Shown here in pieces: positions 25,471 to 39,700 of a DNA stretch of 64,000 nt. The notes under the pieces were generated by a model, which saw only the letters and a list, made by a program, of their open reading frames with translations, was not told the DNA's origin and ran no database searches. Source of the stretch: Phoronis australis. Lineage: Eukaryota > Animalia > Phoronida. The stretch is taken from assembly GCA_002633005.1 (NCBI GenBank), contig NMRA01000476.1:226911-290910 (forward strand), written 5' to 3'. The position numbers and the translations under genes are program-made. Position 1 is the first letter of the stretch. Each line of letters starts with the position of its first letter.

Positions 25471-25742
25471 AGGCCTACATGTGTAGTCCTAAAGACAATG
25501 TGTTAGGAAGAGCCTCTTCATATGCACCACAAAATGAGTTTCCTTCAGAGAAACACGAACCCAAAGATACAGATAAGAGTTTGTGCCCCCCTCCCGCCCA
25601 GGAAAATTTTTCTGTTTTTTCCTCTAAAAATTAAGCATCTTAATTGATTCTTAAAGTATAATCCAAGAAAAAAGGCAAAGAAAAAGAAAAAGGAAAGAAA
25701 AAAAACACGGCGAACGAGTCAAACATGAAAAACTACAATTAT

Positions 25743-25805
25743 CACAGACTCGAACTCACGACCTGACGGAAAGAGCGAGCGTACTTTAACACCACACCAC
25801 CACGA
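25743..25805 (-). mobile_element. tRNA-derived SINE head / tRNA-like relic
   Basis: Minus strand gtcgtggtggtgtggtgttaaag...caggtcgtgaGTTCGAGTCtgtg shows an A-box-like motif and a B-box at tRNA spacing. There is no convincing acceptor stem. Confidence 0.5.
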
Positions 25806-26030
25806 CTTCACCCGAAAATAAATAATCGTACTTGTTTATTGATGGTCTACAGCGTTTGCGCTCGAAACCTACTTCTTTTTGTAATGCTTATTACACTTTT
25901 TATACTTTGTGCAATCAGTTCGTAACAAATTTGTTGTATTTTAAATAGTCTTTAATTGCCCAAAAGACCAAATCCGTTTTTTTGTTGTTGTTGGCATTAA
26001 TGACGCGATTGCTTTGGAAATGGTCTTAAG

Positions 26031-26999
26031 NNNNNNNNNNNNNNNNNNNNNNNNNNNNNNNNNNNNNNNNNNNNNNNNNNNNNNNNNNNNNNNNNNNNNN
26101 NNNNNNNNNNNNNNNNNNNNNNNNNNNNNNNNNNNNNNNNNNNNNNNNNNNNNNNNNNNNNNNNNNNNNNNNNNNNNNNNNNNNNNNNNNNNNNNNNNNN
26201 NNNNNNNNNNNNNNNNNNNNNNNNNNNNNNNNNNNNNNNNNNNNNNNNNNNNNNNNNNNNNNNNNNNNNNNNNNNNNNNNNNNNNNNNNNNNNNNNNNNN
26301 NNNNNNNNNNNNNNNNNNNNNNNNNNNNNNNNNNNNNNNNNNNNNNNNNNNNNNNNNNNNNNNNNNNNNNNNNNNNNNNNNNNNNNNNNNNNNNNNNNNN
26401 NNNNNNNNNNNNNNNNNNNNNNNNNNNNNNNNNNNNNNNNNNNNNNNNNNNNNNNNNNNNNNNNNNNNNNNNNNNNNNNNNNNNNNNNNNNNNNNNNNNN
26501 NNNNNNNNNNNNNNNNNNNNNNNNNNNNNNNNNNNNNNNNNNNNNNNNNNNNNNNNNNNNNNNNNNNNNNNNNNNNNNNNNNNNNNNNNNNNNNNNNNNN
26601 NNNNNNNNNNNNNNNNNNNNNNNNNNNNNNNNNNNNNNNNNNNNNNNNNNNNNNNNNNNNNNNNNNNNNNNNNNNNNNNNNNNNNNNNNNNNNNNNNNNN
26701 NNNNNNNNNNNNNNNNNNNNNNNNNNNNNNNNNNNNNNNNNNNNNNNNNNNNNNNNNNNNNNNNNNNNNNNNNNNNNNNNNNNNNNNNNNNNNNNNNNNN
26801 NNNNNNNNNNNNNNNNNNNNNNNNNNNNNNNNNNNNNNNNNNNNNNNNNNNNNNNNNNNNNNNNNNNNNNNNNNNNNNNNNNNNNNNNNNNNNNNNNNNN
26901 NNNNNNNNNNNNNNNNNNNNNNNNNNNNNNNNNNNNNNNNNNNNNNNNNNNNNNNNNNNNNNNNNNNNNNNNNNNNNNNNNNNNNNNNNNNNNNNNNNN
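26031..26999. other. Assembly gap
   Basis: N run. Confidence 1.
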
Positions 27000-28077
27000 G
27001 TATGTGTATTTGTCATGTTAAACCAGTCACTAGTTGTGCGCCGTTTCTACGCATTAATATGCCGTGGTATAAAACAACAATTAAAACAATTGGTTTGCTT
27101 AAATGTTTTTAATTAATTTTAAGGACACTAGCATTTCCCAATAAATAATGAAATTATACTAAATTTGTTCATCCAATTCGTCTGAATACCAAACTAAAGC
27201 TTACAATGCGTTAGTTGAATGATGGCTGACCTAAAGTGCGGGTTTGCGAATTTATCTATTTATCTGGCACTGCCAGTCGCATCGAATGTGGTATTTCTAC
27301 AAATTGCGGGGAGAAACAACTTTGGAAACTCTAGGGAAATACACAAGGTATAGAGCGAGACATTTGAGCACCTTATAAGAGTACGTGGAGCTGATGTGGA
27401 GGTGGAACGTGTCCTCCTGAGTAGTCTGTCTCAGTGTATGCCTCGGAGGCACTGTGTGCAGCAGGAGCTACATAATCTACCGTATTAGGTTCACTTGCCG
27501 GAATCATCGTTACAACACTCGAGATATGTTGGCGTCGCCAAAGACACTTAGAACATCCACTGCACGCTAGAGGAGAAATCTGATAGAGGTCTGAAAAATC
27601 ACCAAAGACGTTTAAAGTCAAGGTTCAACGTCCTGCTTCGTGTGAGCTCAGGTAGGAATCACTAAACTCCAGGGTCTGACCCTGAGGAATATTTTTAGAA
27701 GCCCGTCATTCATGCAAAAATTCTTTTATTGACACACCGTGATTGCTTATAACTTGGGCCTTATTGCTTAATCATATCTTATCCAAATGTGTTGATGTTT
27801 ATGCAACTACATGTATACACTGGCATAGAAAATAAGGTTGTCATCATAACTTTTCATAACAACCACCAAATATGTAACATGACTTCTGCCCATGAACTAC
27901 TTTTAGAGACTAGGGAGTATGTTTTGTCTACCAATGATTTTCTGCGATTATGAAGTTAATTAAACATGCTAAAGCCGTCAAAAATATTGGTGCCTTCACT
28001 TATTTTAGCTTGGTATTCATATTTTGTGAGCCGAAATGGCCACATTAAATTTAATATGTTTAATTTTTCATTAATAC

Positions 28078-28373
28078 NNNNNNNNNNNNNNNNNNNNNNN
28101 NNNNNNNNNNNNNNNNNNNNNNNNNNNNNNNNNNNNNNNNNNNNNNNNNNNNNNNNNNNNNNNNNNNNNNNNNNNNNNNNNNNNNNNNNNNNNNNNNNNN
28201 NNNNNNNNNNNNNNNNNNNNNNNNNNNNNNNNNNNNNNNNNNNNNNNNNNNNNNNNNNNNNNNNNNNNNNNNNNNNNNNNNNNNNNNNNNNNNNNNNNNN
28301 NNNNNNNNNNNNNNNNNNNNNNNNNNNNNNNNNNNNNNNNNNNNNNNNNNNNNNNNNNNNNNNNNNNNNNNNN
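28078..28373. other. Assembly gap
   Basis: N run. Confidence 1.
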
Positions 28374-28932
28374 CTAATAAACTGGCTGACAAAGTTTTTA
28401 TTTTATGAAATGAAAGTAACATGTTTTGTCAACATTTTGGCTAAGTTTCATTCTCATAACAGTGGGGGCAGATTTGGTACAGCAGTGTACTGAACACAAC
28501 CTCAAAATGGCATAACGGGGGGGAGTGTAGTAAAACTACTAAATGAGGGTGGTAAATCGGAATCGTGTTTCAAGACATTTGTGTAACAATCTACAGGCAC
28601 CACTAAACAATGCCCAGTGAATAATAAATCAATAGCTTTCATTCAAGGAAAAATATGAACAGTTAAAACTGATACCGTGAAAACATGGCTGCGAAGCCGT
28701 AAAATGTCTTTGAGCCTATAACTTTAGAAAAACGCAATATTTTGAGGAAATATTTTACCGCTGTTTATAGATCCCATAGGACTACCTATGTGCCAAATTT
28801 GGTGAAAATCGGCTGACCCCCACCTTGCCGCTCATGGCTGGTGCTCTCGTGGACTAGTACTTAACATGTCACGTTAAGTACGTTTTCTAGACATTTATTC
28901 AGCAATCTGTCATTGCGTTATGCCAACATTAA

Positions 28933-29468
28933 AGAGGCCTGGATTGCGATAAAAAGGCTAAATTGAAATACTGAAAGTGGTTCTCTGTCACTGAAACAGA
29001 ATTCAATCTGCTCACCAGGTATTTTTAGGGTTTGTTCGTAAAGATTTTTAATTTCTGTTGATATCAAAGCATTTTTTTAGACTCAAATTTCAAAAAACGA
29101 CCTGTTAGCTGCTCGCCTCTTCGTCGATTTTTCTCACACAAGGCAAAGCACGTCTCCTTATTTGGCAAGATATAGGCGTTGCAATTTTCTCGTATATGGA
29201 AATTGTGACCTTTGACCTCAAGCGACTTCAAGCAACTGACTGTGAACCCATGCGTGCATTTATCATAAGTGGGTGGGAGATTAGAAACTTTGTGGTAACT
29301 ACAGAGTTTTTCCTTCGCGCGTATTTCAAAATCGTGAATATTGTGATTTTTTTGGAAATTTCCTCACAGAGGAAAGAGTATTACTCTGTACAAGAGGTTA
29401 CAAGATTGTAATTTCGTCAGGAACTGTTTAAAAGGTATATTTGACGAGCTTTCGCGTTCCACTCCTCT
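28933..29468. mobile_element. TTAA-specific MITE with AG...CT termini (Kolobok-like)
   Basis: TTAA|agaggcctggattgcga ... tcgcgttccactcctct|TTAA; second copy at 37918-38455. Confidence 0.8.
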
Positions 29469-30930
29469 TTAAGTTTATAGTCTACATCAGTGATGATTTT
29501 TTATCATTTCAACGTGAGTTCGACATTAAAGCATTCTGAATTGATTTTATTCATTTCATTTTAGATCGAATAAAAACGTTATGTGATTTGGAGGACTGGT
29601 ACTTTGGTTTTCCATCGATGGCACAATTCCACTCGACTTTATTCCGCGTATCAACCTACATCTTCGGTCTTGGTTGATACACGGAATAATGTCTCGTGGC
29701 ATACACGACTCTCGGCACATTTTGTTTATTTATTAGCAGGGTTTGTATTGTGTTTTTTTCCAGGAGTTCTTGAAGCATCATCATCATCTGTATCAACATC
29801 GTCATGGACAGCTTCCCAGCAAAAAATACAGTTCTACATCAGGACCAGCAGTGCTGCCATCAACATGAAATGTTCTATTTTGTACCTGTTAGAAAAGTGA
29901 GGAGGAACTCGGAATCTCATGGCTGGTTTTGCGACAACTGGAACACTAAACGAAAAAGAGCTCACAGAATGCTCTGAAAAATTACCAAATAGTGATAAGA
30001 ATTGCAGCAAAACCAATTGTCACTTCAAACTGAATACCCAGAGGTCTTGTGATAGCAAGATATTTGGAATATCAGTTAAGACTGAGACAGTAATCACTGG
30101 TAGGTCTACTAAGCTAACATCGCCTGCACCAAGTATCATCTTTTTACGGATGATCACCCTCCAAAGATCTTAGTAGTGATGTCAAAAAGGAAAGGCTAGA
30201 GAGAATTAGATTCTAAGCTTGGCAGATGAAAATATGTATATGTATGTATGCATGCATTTAGGTACATACGCATGTATACTTGCCCTGTATAGGATCATGT
30301 CATACTTCAGTGTAGGCGTACTTGCAGGTCCGTAGCCAGGGGGGGGGGTTCGGGGGGGAAAAGTCCTGCCCCTGCCTATCCGTTAAAGATGGGATATAGA
30401 TGGACAACAACAACAACAGACTTGTTGTAGCTACTGCTACTACTAACTACAATAACAACTAAGTCAGTAATAATTTTGAGTTTACTTCGCGTATCGGGCC
30501 GTACCCGGTCAACTTCGCCCGAATGATGCTCGATGATAGGATCGTGCAGACAATTAAATGAGGCGTTATGTTACTCATCGGCATTGAAAGCGCGTGGTGG
30601 CTACAACGTAGGGTAACAAGGGAGTCTAAAATAGGTTATATAGCAGCGAGAGAGCTCCCAAAAAGTAATGTCGTGTGAATGCCTTAAAATCGACCAAGAA
30701 ACAAAATAGCAGAAAGTATGTTTGTTTTCTGCTGTTTTGATAATGGCAGAGTACAGTAAAGTGCAGACATTTCAAAATTTTCACTTTAGTTGTGGATTGG
30801 TGGATGACATGCATGCGTGTAGACTACACGTGTGCGCGTTTCCATTCTTTTAAACTGAGTACACGCCGATTATAATTAAGCTCACTATAGGCAGTCCTCT
30901 GTCGTTGCTTAAAAATCAGACATTTGACTG

Positions 30931-31000
30931 CATGGGCGGCGCACCATAGGGGGTTGGGGGGCTATAGCCCCACTATTTTTTCAGTGCCGCGCCGCCCATG
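30931..31000. mobile_element. 70-bp mini-MITE with CATGGGCGGCGC TIRs
   Basis: Perfect 12-bp terminal inverted repeat; related to 23777-23847. Confidence 0.7.
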
Positions 31001-31148
31001 AACTACCGTATTTTCTTGCACTAAGGAAACTAAGGAAAAGTAATTCTAGACCTAATAAAAACTTTGGTCAATGAAAAAAGTCTTCATTTGTCAATCAGTG
31101 CCAATGGCACACAACCTCGCAGGCTTCACACGAGCAAAAAAAAACTTG

Positions 31149-32007
31149 ATGGAAAAGATTTCCAAAGTTACATGTCACTATTCCGAAGGTAGTTCACTAC
31201 TTCGAAAGTCCACTACTCCGATGTTACTCCGAGGGTTCGCTACCTTCGAAAGATCACTACTTCGAATGTCCACAATTCCGAAACCAGAACTTGTCCGACA
31301 GTTCATTACTCTGATTGTCTGCTAACGAGTCGGAACTGACATGAGAAAAGTATTGTATTTGTGTCCATTTAGTAACTATTTAAAGGGTGCAAAAAAGTTG
31401 GATAGTTCTTAAAACATTGATAACATTGTTTACAAATGAGCTCAGTTCCAATCACTGCCAATCTAACTAACTACTCATTCAGTCTCGTGTCAGGATTTCA
31501 GCTACCAATAGCGGCGGTTTTAAATTTAAGAAGACTGAATGGGACTCTCAGACTTCGTGAAGACTGGCATTCACAGGGTAGCCTACTACATGTAACTATA
31601 TTTAGTTTGGACCCGGCCATGCGCGTGGTTCCGATGGGTGAGTTTGAGGCGCAGCGGCCCTAAAGTAGCTCACGCTATGAAATGATGCGACCTTGACATG
31701 AACTTGATGAATGTATCGCAATTGATAATCAATATTCCTACTTCATAGTCTTTTAAAAATTCTAGGCCTACTCATTTTCCGTATTCGAAAGACATGTGGG
31801 CAATTTCGCATGCGCATGAAATCTTGGCGTTGTTTGAGCACAGGTACACCACCTAGTGCATCTAATAACCGAAGTGTCGTTTATTTTTGCAGGTAAAAGT
31901 TTATCTGATACACGCAATCCGAAATATTAGATTTTTTCGGAGTAGTGAACCTTCGGAATAGTGAACCTTCAGAGTAATGAACATTTGGAATACTGGGCTG
32001 TTTCCAT
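31149..32007. mobile_element. Foldback-type element with ~15-bp subterminal tandem repeats
   Basis: Arrays of ccgaaggttcactact-like units at ~31180-31315, and the inverted units (agtagtgaaccttcgg) at ~31935-31995. Confidence 0.65.
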
Positions 32008-33794
32008 TTCCAGTAAGTAACACGCAAAATACAACCAGATCAAAATATTCAAATCCATGATTCTCCGATTAAATATTTTCTTCCGAGTATGTAATGAGGT
32101 GTAATTATTCATTTAAGCACGCCCGGTTGGAAAGTTTGGCGGGGGGGTAACGCGGGAACGTTCTCTTTCTGGACCACATTACATCCGAATTTGGGCCCCG
32201 TTCTTTGCGGGCAACCGTCACCGCATCCTAATTTCTGGTATTACTAATTCCGTCTGATCTTGGGAACATAGAGCTGAGACTTCGTCGTGTATACAGATCT
32301 CCCTCCCCCCTAGTTAAGCTGCGCCAAGGACCTTACCGAAAACTCTACAGTGTCGACGTTTGCAAAATATCAAAAGTCCACCTTTCTTGAAATTCGAACC
32401 ACCACTGCGCAATGCTGGCTACGGGCCTGCTTGACTTTTCTTTATTACTTAAATGAGCCGTTGCTAGATGTTCGACCGGACGTAGATTAGCATGGAAGCT
32501 TGGCTTTTCTGTACCCTCAAAGGAGCAATTGGAGATTCTGACGTCGTCGTAGTGGAGCCATTTTTTGGATCTCTTTGTTCCAGCAGTATGTTGTAAAATG
32601 GTCAGAGTCTAAGGATTCACCGTTGTGGCCAATCACTTCCACAAGCGAGTGGGACCCGTCAGAGATTGTGGAGTAGGAAGTGCGGCGCTGCGGTTGAAGA
32701 TTCGTCTTCTTATCCTGAACTCTTTGTGCGGAACTATTCTGCACCTAAGCAGTGTGTGGGCCGGTTTTTACCGAGGCAGGCCCAGGTAGAATGTTATTCC
32801 CAAAAACACTAGCACCAATTGTGAATTTGCAACAAAACTGAACTCTAAAATAAAGAAAAATGCCTGTGTTTTTTTGGTGCAGTACAAGGACCGTGGATTG
32901 ATGTCGAAGGGAAGAGGGAACTTATGAAGTAGTCTTTGTTGATTAGTTATGCTTCCCTTGAGGATACTACAAGGGCGATCGGGGGGCATTAAATCTGTAC
33001 GCGAGTTTCTTTGATCAGTTTAGATGGGTCATCTTGATAAATAGTTTATTTTTGATGCTTGTAATGTAAGCCATGCTTTTTGTTGAAATGGGCATTTTTT
33101 ATTCAGTGAATGGAATTTCTGAATCATTGTTTTGAGTTGTGTTTTCTGTGAAAATTTGTGAATTACTGTAAACAGTAAATATAATAGATTCTTTGTAATA
33201 ATGATGTTAATATTTTTTCTAGTTTTATTCATGTTTTCCATGCAGACCTCCTTTGCATATATTACGTTCAGATTAGTTTGCACTATCAAAGATCTTTGAG
33301 TTACATAATAAAATAAAGCAAAAACTACCACCACAAAATTTCCCTCCATCCTACAGCCACGAAAAAACTAGGTGGCATTGTGATGCTCATTTGCACTCAA
33401 GGTCCTTGAGCCAGTGAACCTTTTCAAACATGAATAATTTACACTGTTCTGGTATCAATGTTTTAAACATACAGCATAGGCGGATTTAGGGGGGGGGGGG
33501 CAGGGGACTTAAGAATTTGGCATTCTATATGACTGTAATGAGCATTTTGATGCATTAGTCTTATCTGTCTAAACGGATGTCTGTCTGAGTATACTGTATT
33601 GTGCTGTATTGTATTGAATTATTCAGTGGACCCTCCTTGTTAAATAAACCAGACAGTCAACCAAAAAAACAAAGCTCATTATGACGTTTGATTTTGCCAC
33701 TGTTTTGTAGGTAAATCTGGGTTATTAGAATAGTATAAATCACGAGAAAATCATCTGCAGGCCTACTGTATGCTGAAAACGCGTTCACTGCAAG

Positions 33795-36700
33795 ATGACT
33801 GAAGCAGAATACCACAATGTGACGGTTGAGAGCTACGAACATCTGTTTCCTCAACCGTCTCTGGACTCTGAACACACCACCACACGGTTCAAGGGCAAAG
33901 TCGCCATTGTCACGGGAGGCAATTCTGGCATTGGAAGAGCTACTGTTCAGAGGTTTTGGTAAGACGATGTCCCTCCAATATATGAATACCGTATACCTCG
34001 GATAATCTGTCACTTTCAGGGACAAGGCAAAAGCGACAAATTATTTGCTTTACAGTTTGTACCGACTTACGAAAACTGCTTAACAAGTACGCGCTCGATG
34101 CATTCCTTAAAAGCTTGCATAAACATGTTTTAATCCCACTTTTTTGACAAAATAGCTTGCAAAAAATCCTGGTAATTTGCCACGATCCCATGCCATGATG
34201 GAGTGAGCAAACCAACATGGCCGAAATTCAGCAATAGCGAAGTTTTGCCATTTTTCATAATTTTCACAAGCTCGTATCGGTTGGCAGTTCTAAGTGGTGG
34301 GAAATGCAAGTTCGGTATGCCAGCCCGTTAACGTTCTTCTTTCTATTGATATCCATTATAATAAATGAGTGCATTAATGAGTACTTTTGAAAATCAAAGT
34401 AATGCGAGCACTTCAAAAATTTATCGCGAACTTGTAAATTCTTATGACTTTTATTTGTGTCAGACTTTATACTTCCGGACAGCTGTCAACATGTTTAATC
34501 TCATCGCAAAATTGAGTTAAAAATTTGACTAAATGGTATACTTTTTTCATGAAATACAAAATAGCACTTATCAAACCAAGTTGTTAAAAATAGTACATAA
34601 TATTTTTAAAATTAAAGTAAAAGTCAGAATTGAGGATTGGGCAAGTTCTTGTGCGAGTATGTTCATTGTTAACTGACATGTTTTGCCTGATGGTGGTGTT
34701 GCAAGCAGTTTAATTTATTACTCTGCGCGTGTAAGCGCAGAGTACTGTTGTTCCTGGGTTTTCTTCAATTTTATTACTCTGCGCGTGTAAGCGCAGAGTA
34801 CTGTTGTTCCTGGGTTTTCTTCAATTTTATTCTTATTCTTATTCTTCTTCTTATTCTTCTTCCGACCAAATTTGAGGCTTAATAACTCCAAATTGGGTGC
34901 AGGTACGGTCTTTAAATTCAGCATATGACTTATGACAGTACATAAATTTTGATTGGTTTTATAATCATATTCCATATTGCACCGGAAGAGGTCGTTTGGT
35001 GCAAAGGTCGTATAATTTTCAAAATGCTACTCCTCCTTCAGTTTTAAAGTTATCTTTTTCAAATTCGGTGCACAGGTATAAGTCAATATAACAATTTAAA
35101 AAATTATTTTTCTAAGTAATCGGGTCATCCAATCAGGTGAAATAGGTCAAAGGTCATTAGGTGCAAACTAAAATTTTGAGCTAGACACTTCAAATTGACA
35201 GGTCTGATTGCCACAGGTAAATCAAATCAGAATCCAAAGTTTCAGGTCATTTAGTGCAAACATGGGGTCATTAGGTGCATTTTTCTTCTGAAAATTTGAC
35301 CTTTTCAATCAGCAAGTATTCTGATGTGTCAACCGTTAGACAACTGTGATTCTCAGCGTTAAACACATTTTCCATGGGCTTTGCAATAATTCTCCTAAAA
35401 ATGCTTAAAATGCACCGGATAAGGTCAATTAGTGCAAAGGTCATGTAACGTTCAAAATGTTATATGTCTTACGTTTTTCAAGGAATTCTTTTCAATTTCA
35501 GCACACTGGTGTAAGTCAACATGCCAAGTGAATACCCTACTTTACTTTGCAATAGGTCTAACCAATCAGAAAAATAGGTCAAAGGTTATTGAGTTCAAAC
35601 TAAAATTTTGAGCTAGAGACTTCAGAATTACGTATCTGTTTACTAAGTGCGATTGAGTTTGAATTCTAAATTTTCAGGTCATTTGGTGCACCCATGGGGT
35701 CATTAGGTGCATTTTTCTTCTGAAAGTTTGACCACTTCATTCATCTTGTATTCTGAAGTCCTGAAAGTAAAACATCCGTTATTATTAGCTTTAACCACAC
35801 TTTTAATCGAGTTAACAATTACTCCCTCATCGGGGCTCATTGCACCGGAAGAGGTCAATTAGTGGAAAGGCCTTCAAAAAATTAATGTGTAATTTCTCCT
35901 ACAACTTTAAAGAATTCCTTTTCGTATAGGTAAACGGGTTGCTGTCAGTAACATCCCATAATAATTCCAGTAATACGCACGCGCAGAGTCCGTTATTGTC
36001 ACGCCGTGACAATAATCTTTCTAGTTCTTATTCTTCTTATTCTTATTCTTCTTCCGACCAACTTTGAGGCTTAATAACTCCAAATTGGGTGCAGGTACGG
36101 TCTTTAAATTCAGCATATGATTTATGACAGTACATAAATTTTGATTGGTTTTATAATCATATTCCATATTGCACCGGAAGAGGTCGTTTTGTGCAAAGGT
36201 CATGTAATTTTCAAAATGCTACTCCTCCTTCAGTTTTAAAGCTATCATTTTCAAATTCGGTGCACAGGTATAAGTCAACATGACAATTTAAAAAATTACT
36301 TTTCTAATAATCGGGTCATCCAATCAGGTGAAATAGGTCAAAGGTCATTAGGTGCAAACTAAAATTTTGAGCTAGACACTTCAAATTGACAGGTCTGATT
36401 GCCACAGGTAAATCAAATCGGAATCCAAAGTTTCAGGTCATCTAGTGCAAACATGGGGTCATTAGGTGCATTTTTCTTCTGAAAATTTGACCTTTTCAAT
36501 CAGCAAGCATTCTGATGTGTCAACCGTTAGACAACTGTGATTCTCAGCGTTAAACACATTTTCCATGGGCTTTGCAATAATTCTCCTAAAGATGCTTAAA
36601 ATGCACCGGATAAGGTCAATTAGTGCAAACGTCATGTAACGTTCAAAATGTTATATGTCTTACGTTTTTCAAGGAATTCTTTTCAATTTCATCACACTGG

Positions 36701-39700
36701 TGTAAGTCAACATGCCAATTGAATACCCTACTTTACTTTGCAATAGGCCTAACCAATCAGAAAAAATAGGTCAAAGGTCATTGAGTGCAAACTAAAATTT
36801 TGAGCTAGAGACTTCAGAATTACGTATCTGTTTACTAAGTGCGATTGAGTTTGAATTCTAAATTTTCAGGTCATTTGGTGCACCCATGGGGTCATTAGGT
36901 GCATTTTTCTTCTGAAAGTTTGACCACTTCATTCATCTTGTATTCTGAAGTGCTTAAAGTAAAACATCTGTGATTATTAGCATTAACCACACTTTTAATT
37001 GAGTTAACAATTACTCCCTCATCGGGGCTCATAATGCACCGGAAGAGGTCAATTAGTGGAAAGGTCATCAAAAAATTAATATGTTATTTCTCCTACAATT
37101 TTAAAGAATTCCTTTTCATATTGGTAAACGGCTTGCTGTCAGTAACTTCCCATAATAATTCCAGTAATACGCACGCGCAGAGTCCATTATTGTCACGCAG
37201 TGACAATAATATTTCTAGTTTACGATTGGACTTGTTTCTTTAAATATAGTGGCAGGGCCTTTTTGAAATTTCAATTTGGCCTTTTTACGTGTTTCTGACC
37301 ACAAAAATGTTATGATCGGGATGTTTTTCGTGTAATGTAAAATGGATTTGAAATTACATAAAATTTTAGGGTTCCATTGAATTCTGTTTAATTATATGTT
37401 TATTTTCGGTTTTTGTAGTATGGTGTATAGTTTATTATTGCAGAAACGTGTTTAGTACACAGGAAACAAGAACAGTTCAAATATATTAATGTGTGTTCAA
37501 ATAAATTATAAAATTGTATGTATGTGGCAAGTTTAACGTTTTTACACTGCCTATATTTATTTGATATCACTTCATTTTTTGCAATTTCTTTTAAGAGTAT
37601 TGAAACTTAAATGTTAACCATTAACAATTGCTGATATCTTATGGCATGTTCAAAGGTATTATTCATTCAGATTTTAAAAATATTATAATCTTATTTATAT
37701 TTGGCTTTGGGGTTAATAAACTCTCTCACAAGCCGAAAAATGATAGTAAATGTCACTATTTGCCTTATTCTCCCACTTTCAAAATACATTTCATGATGTG
37801 TCTTCTATTTGATGTTATTCATCTCCGCTGAGTACTTGTTGTCTTGTTTTGAGGAAACAGCCAGTGGGCTATAGATTTTCAATCACAGGTCTTTAAAAAT
37901 GAACAACCTTGCCTTAAAGAGGCCTGGAACGCGATAAATAGACTAAATTGCATTATTGAAAGGGGTTCTCTGCCACTGAAACAGAATTCAACCTGCTCAC
38001 TAAGCATTTTTAGGGTTTGTTTGTAAAGATTTTTATTTTCTATTGATATCAAAGCATTTTCTTTTCGATTTAAATTTCAAAAAACGACCTGTCAGCTGCT
38101 CGCCTCTTCGTCGATTTTTCTCCCACAAGGCAAAGCACGTCTCCTTGTTTGGTATTGCAAGATATCGGCGTGGCACATTTCCCTTATATGGAATTTGTGA
38201 CCTTTGACCACAAGCAACTTCAAGTAACTAACTGTGAGCCCATACGCGCATTTATCGTAAGTGAGAGGGAGATTAAAAACTTCGTTGTAGCCATAGAGTT
38301 TTTACTTCGTGTATATCAATAATATTTTGTGATTTTTTCTGGAAATTTCCTCACACGGGAAAGTCAATTACTCTGTCCATGACGTTGCAAGCTGGCACTT
38401 TTGCCAGGCAATGTTTGAAAGATATATTTGACGAACTTTCGCGTTCCATGCCTCTTAAAACATTTCTGTGGCTTCTTTGCTGAAAAGATGCCATTTTTGA
38501 GGTTCTAAATTTTGAATGAATAACTCCAGAATCGCCCAATGGATTTTGAAAATTCAAAGGGTGGTGCAAACGGCTTGTCAGGATCTATCATTTGGAACTG
38601 AGCTCACGTGTTTCTGATGAAATTGGCATTTTGCTTTGCTCACCTTAGCCATGTAATTAAGTGGCCCTGTACTGAGGTCGGAGTCATGTAAATCCATCAT
38701 CTGTTCTGATTTGGAGTAAGAGTGGCAGATTGATTGCAAAAACGGAACAGCAAGTAAAAAGTGAACTAAAATATTTATTTTATATCGGTTTGGGCTGCCA
38801 TTCTGCTCAGGCTCTGAGCTCGTGCGTCTGCAAGTTGGGGTGCCTTTATTACAAATAGACACGGTACGAATAGGTAGTGTATCAGGTAATGTGGTTACGT
38901 TTCAGCTTCCCCTTTGATTTCGACCTGTGATATATGGAATGTACCAAAGCATTTGGTACCTCTGAATTTTTAGCAAATGGGGCACCAGCATCTACTAACG
39001 TACTTCATTTCTGCAGGTTTAACAAACCGGGCACCAGCGTCTCAATTGACATACCGGTACCTTTAGAGTTCGGTGCTGAGCTAAGTGCAAGTTACAAAAC
39101 AGCCCAATGATGTCACTGCCAATGAGGGCATACAGTAACAAACTGTTGTTGGTGAATGTTACACAGGTAAATTACCGGTAGGTGCCCAAGTTAATTCTTG
39201 TTAGAGGTATAAAGAAATTATTTGTAGCCTAAAGTAATTATTTGCGGCTTAAAGCAATTATTTGCAGTGTAAAGTAATCACTTGAGACGTAAAGTAATTA
39301 TTTGCCGCGCAAAGTAATTATTTGAGACGTAAAGTAATTATTTGTGGAAAACAAACTACTTTACGCCTCTAACAAGAATTAACTTAGGTACGTAATTTAC
39401 CTGTGTAACGTTCACCCATGTCAACGATAACAAACTGTGCCCGTGACCGCGATGATGTTATAGCACGATGTATAATGGTGATGATAATGTTGACGATAAT
39501 GAGAAGTGTCAACTTGTGGCGTTTGGAGTTGGTACGTGTAAACTGATTAAATGTTGTAAATAGTGCTGAAAACCCTTGATGTCTAATTTTTGTTGCCGCG
39601 GTATACAAGTTGAATAGGAGAGTAGAAAATTCAAGGAACGGATTAGCTTAAAATTTATGTTTTCCCTTAGTTACCTTTCACCTACAAAAATCGTATTGCC

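Larger units (their letters stand above)
30325..32429. mobile_element. ~2.1-kb composite non-autonomous element with CAGG(T/C)CCGTAGCCAG TIRs and nested insertions
   Basis: caggtccgtagccag ... ctggctacgggcctg (14/15 inverted match), with cttg on both flanks. Confidence 0.55.

Noticed and set aside
25743-25805. Functional tRNA gene
   Set aside because: Only A/B-box-like motifs are present; no complete cloverleaf could be folded.
27373-27621. Coding-looking minus-strand ORF; also an acidic stretch near 29760-29820
   Set aside because: No recognisable domain and no consistent splice partners; cannot be supported without a search.
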